Below are positions 63,191 through 64,000 of a stretch of DNA of 64,000 bases, piece by piece (position 1 is the stretch's first letter; the number at the start of each line of letters is the position of its first letter). Origin of the DNA: an uncultured Acidiphilium sp. (GTDB lineage Bacteria; Bacillota; Clostridia; Christensenellales; Borkfalkiaceae). The notes beneath the pieces are model-generated. The model saw only the letters and a program-made list of their open reading frames with translations. It was not told the origin of the DNA and did no database searches. The DNA lies in assembly GCA_902495325.1 (NCBI GenBank), contig CABUWK010000003.1:23645-87644 (forward strand), read 5' to 3'. Made by a program: the position numbers and the translations under genes.

Positions 63191-63895
63191 TCAGCCGAAC
63201 TTTTTCATTTCTTTTCTCAGCCTCGTAACGATCTTCTTTTCGAGCCTGGATATGTAACTTTGCGAAATGCCGAGAAGGTCCGCAACCTCTTTCTGCGTCA
63301 TCTCTTCCGTACCGTTCAGCCCAAACCGGAGATCCATGATCTTTTTCTCGCGCGGGCTCAGTTTTGCAATGGCTTCTTTCAGCATTTCGTGTTCCGCACT
63401 CGTTTCGATGTCTTTGTACACCACGTCGTTATCGGTGCCGAGCACATCCGAAAGCAAAAGCTCGTTGCCTTCCCAGTCTACGTTTAAAGGCTCGTCGAGA
63501 GAGACTTCCCCTTTCAGCTTAACGACCCGCCTTAAATACATCAGGATTTCATTTTCGATACAGCGGGACGCATAGGTGGCGAGCTTGATGTTTTTATCCG
63601 TATTGAAGGTATTCACAGCCTTGATCAGCCCGATCGTACCGACGGAAATCAGATCGTCGAGCTCCACGCCCGTGTTATCGAACTTGCGGGCGATGTACAC
63701 CACAAGGCGAAGGTTGTGTTCGATCAGGTCGTTCCGGATCGACTCTCCTTCCTCTTCGAGACGGGATAAGATCTCCTGCTCTTCGTCCGCCGTATAAGGC
63801 TTCGGCAGAACTTCCGCCCCGGAGAGATAATGGATCGCGTTCTCATCGCTTTGCGCAAAAAACTTCCGTAACATTCCGGCTATCGTTTTCAACAT
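63191..63895 (-). CDS. sigE: Sporulation sigma factor SigE (pro-sigma-E)
   Basis: [64 protein letters not shown] and [21 protein letters not shown] are almost identical in pattern to B. subtilis SigE. The ATG at 63895 is preceded by AGGAGGAAGG. Confidence 0.93.
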   Translation of the reverse strand: MLKTIAGMLRKFFAQSDENAIHYLSGAEVLPKPYTADEEQEILSRLEEEGESIRNDLIEHNLRLVVYIARKFDNTGVELDDLISVGTIGLIKAVNTFNTDKNIKLATYASRCIENEILMYLRRVVKLKGEVSLDEPLNVDWEGNELLLSDVLGTDNDVVYKDIETSAEHEMLKEAIAKLSPREKKIMDLRFGLNGTEEMTQKEVADLLGISQSYISRLEKKIVTRLRKEMKKFG

Positions 63896-63930
63896 GTTTC
63901 CTTCCTCCTGTCGTTCGGCGTCTGCCGGAC

Positions 63931-64000
63931 TCACACGACCCTTCTCTCCTCTTCCGCCGCCGCGGGATTCAACAAAAGATCGTATTCTCCCCCGTTGCAG
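63931..64000 (-). CDS. spoIIGA: 3' end of the probable sigma-E processing peptidase SpoIIGA (partial; runs off the right edge)
   Basis: My minus-strand translation reads ...[22 protein letters not shown], with the stop at 63931-63933. The call rests mainly on the conserved spoIIGA-sigE-sigG order. Confidence 0.4.
   Translation of the reverse strand, partial: CNGGEYDLLLNPAAAEEERRVV

Overview
The window looks like chromosomal DNA from a spore-forming, Clostridia-type Firmicute. Supporting signs are spoIIGA-sigE-sigG, sigH, ylmC/ymxH, a T-box leader on thrS, Gram-positive lipoboxes, GGAGG-type RBSs and TTGACA-17-TATAAT-type promoters. I call 47 protein genes: 2 are cut by the window edges, 1 is frameshifted, and 40 lie on the minus strand. 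I saw no rRNA, tRNA, CRISPR array, transposase or integrase. Layout: (i) 1-22 kb is one long minus-strand glycan-utilisation operon. It encodes an ABC permease with an extra extracytoplasmic domain, an SGNH esterase, a second permease, a membrane-anchored glycerophosphodiesterase, a large solute-binding lipoprotein and a small membrane protein. It also encodes three paralogous beta-helix proteins, a GH2 beta-galactosidase, a GH78-like glycosidase and a 1111-aa Big_2/CBM-like lipoprotein. An AraC regulator is transcribed divergently. (ii) 23-33 kb holds a frameshifted cupin plus a CMD-family gene with a divergent LysR regulator. It also holds a second GH78-like gene with a DUF4432 epimerase-like gene, preceded by a tandem 17-bp direct repeat, and a ROK-like kinase-nagB-nagA operon with its own AraC regulator. 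(iii) 33-42 kb is core: DUF368, gyrB-gyrA, gdh and thrS. (iv) 43-52.5 kb is a second accessory patch: two tandem zinc-ribbon polytopic membrane paralogs, a CrtI-like flavoprotein, a GT-C-like membrane protein, a GH37 trehalase and a Cys-rich lipoprotein. (v) 52.7-64 kb is core: cvpA-like, glnS, glyQS, recR, ybaB, dnaX, sigH, rlmB, mrnC, ylmC, sigG, sigE and the end of spoIIGA. The best candidates for something undescribed are the beta-helix/GDPD/fused-permease glycan locus and the tandem zinc-ribbon membrane proteins. All functional calls rest on motif recognition by eye from the translations. No database search or structure prediction was possible.
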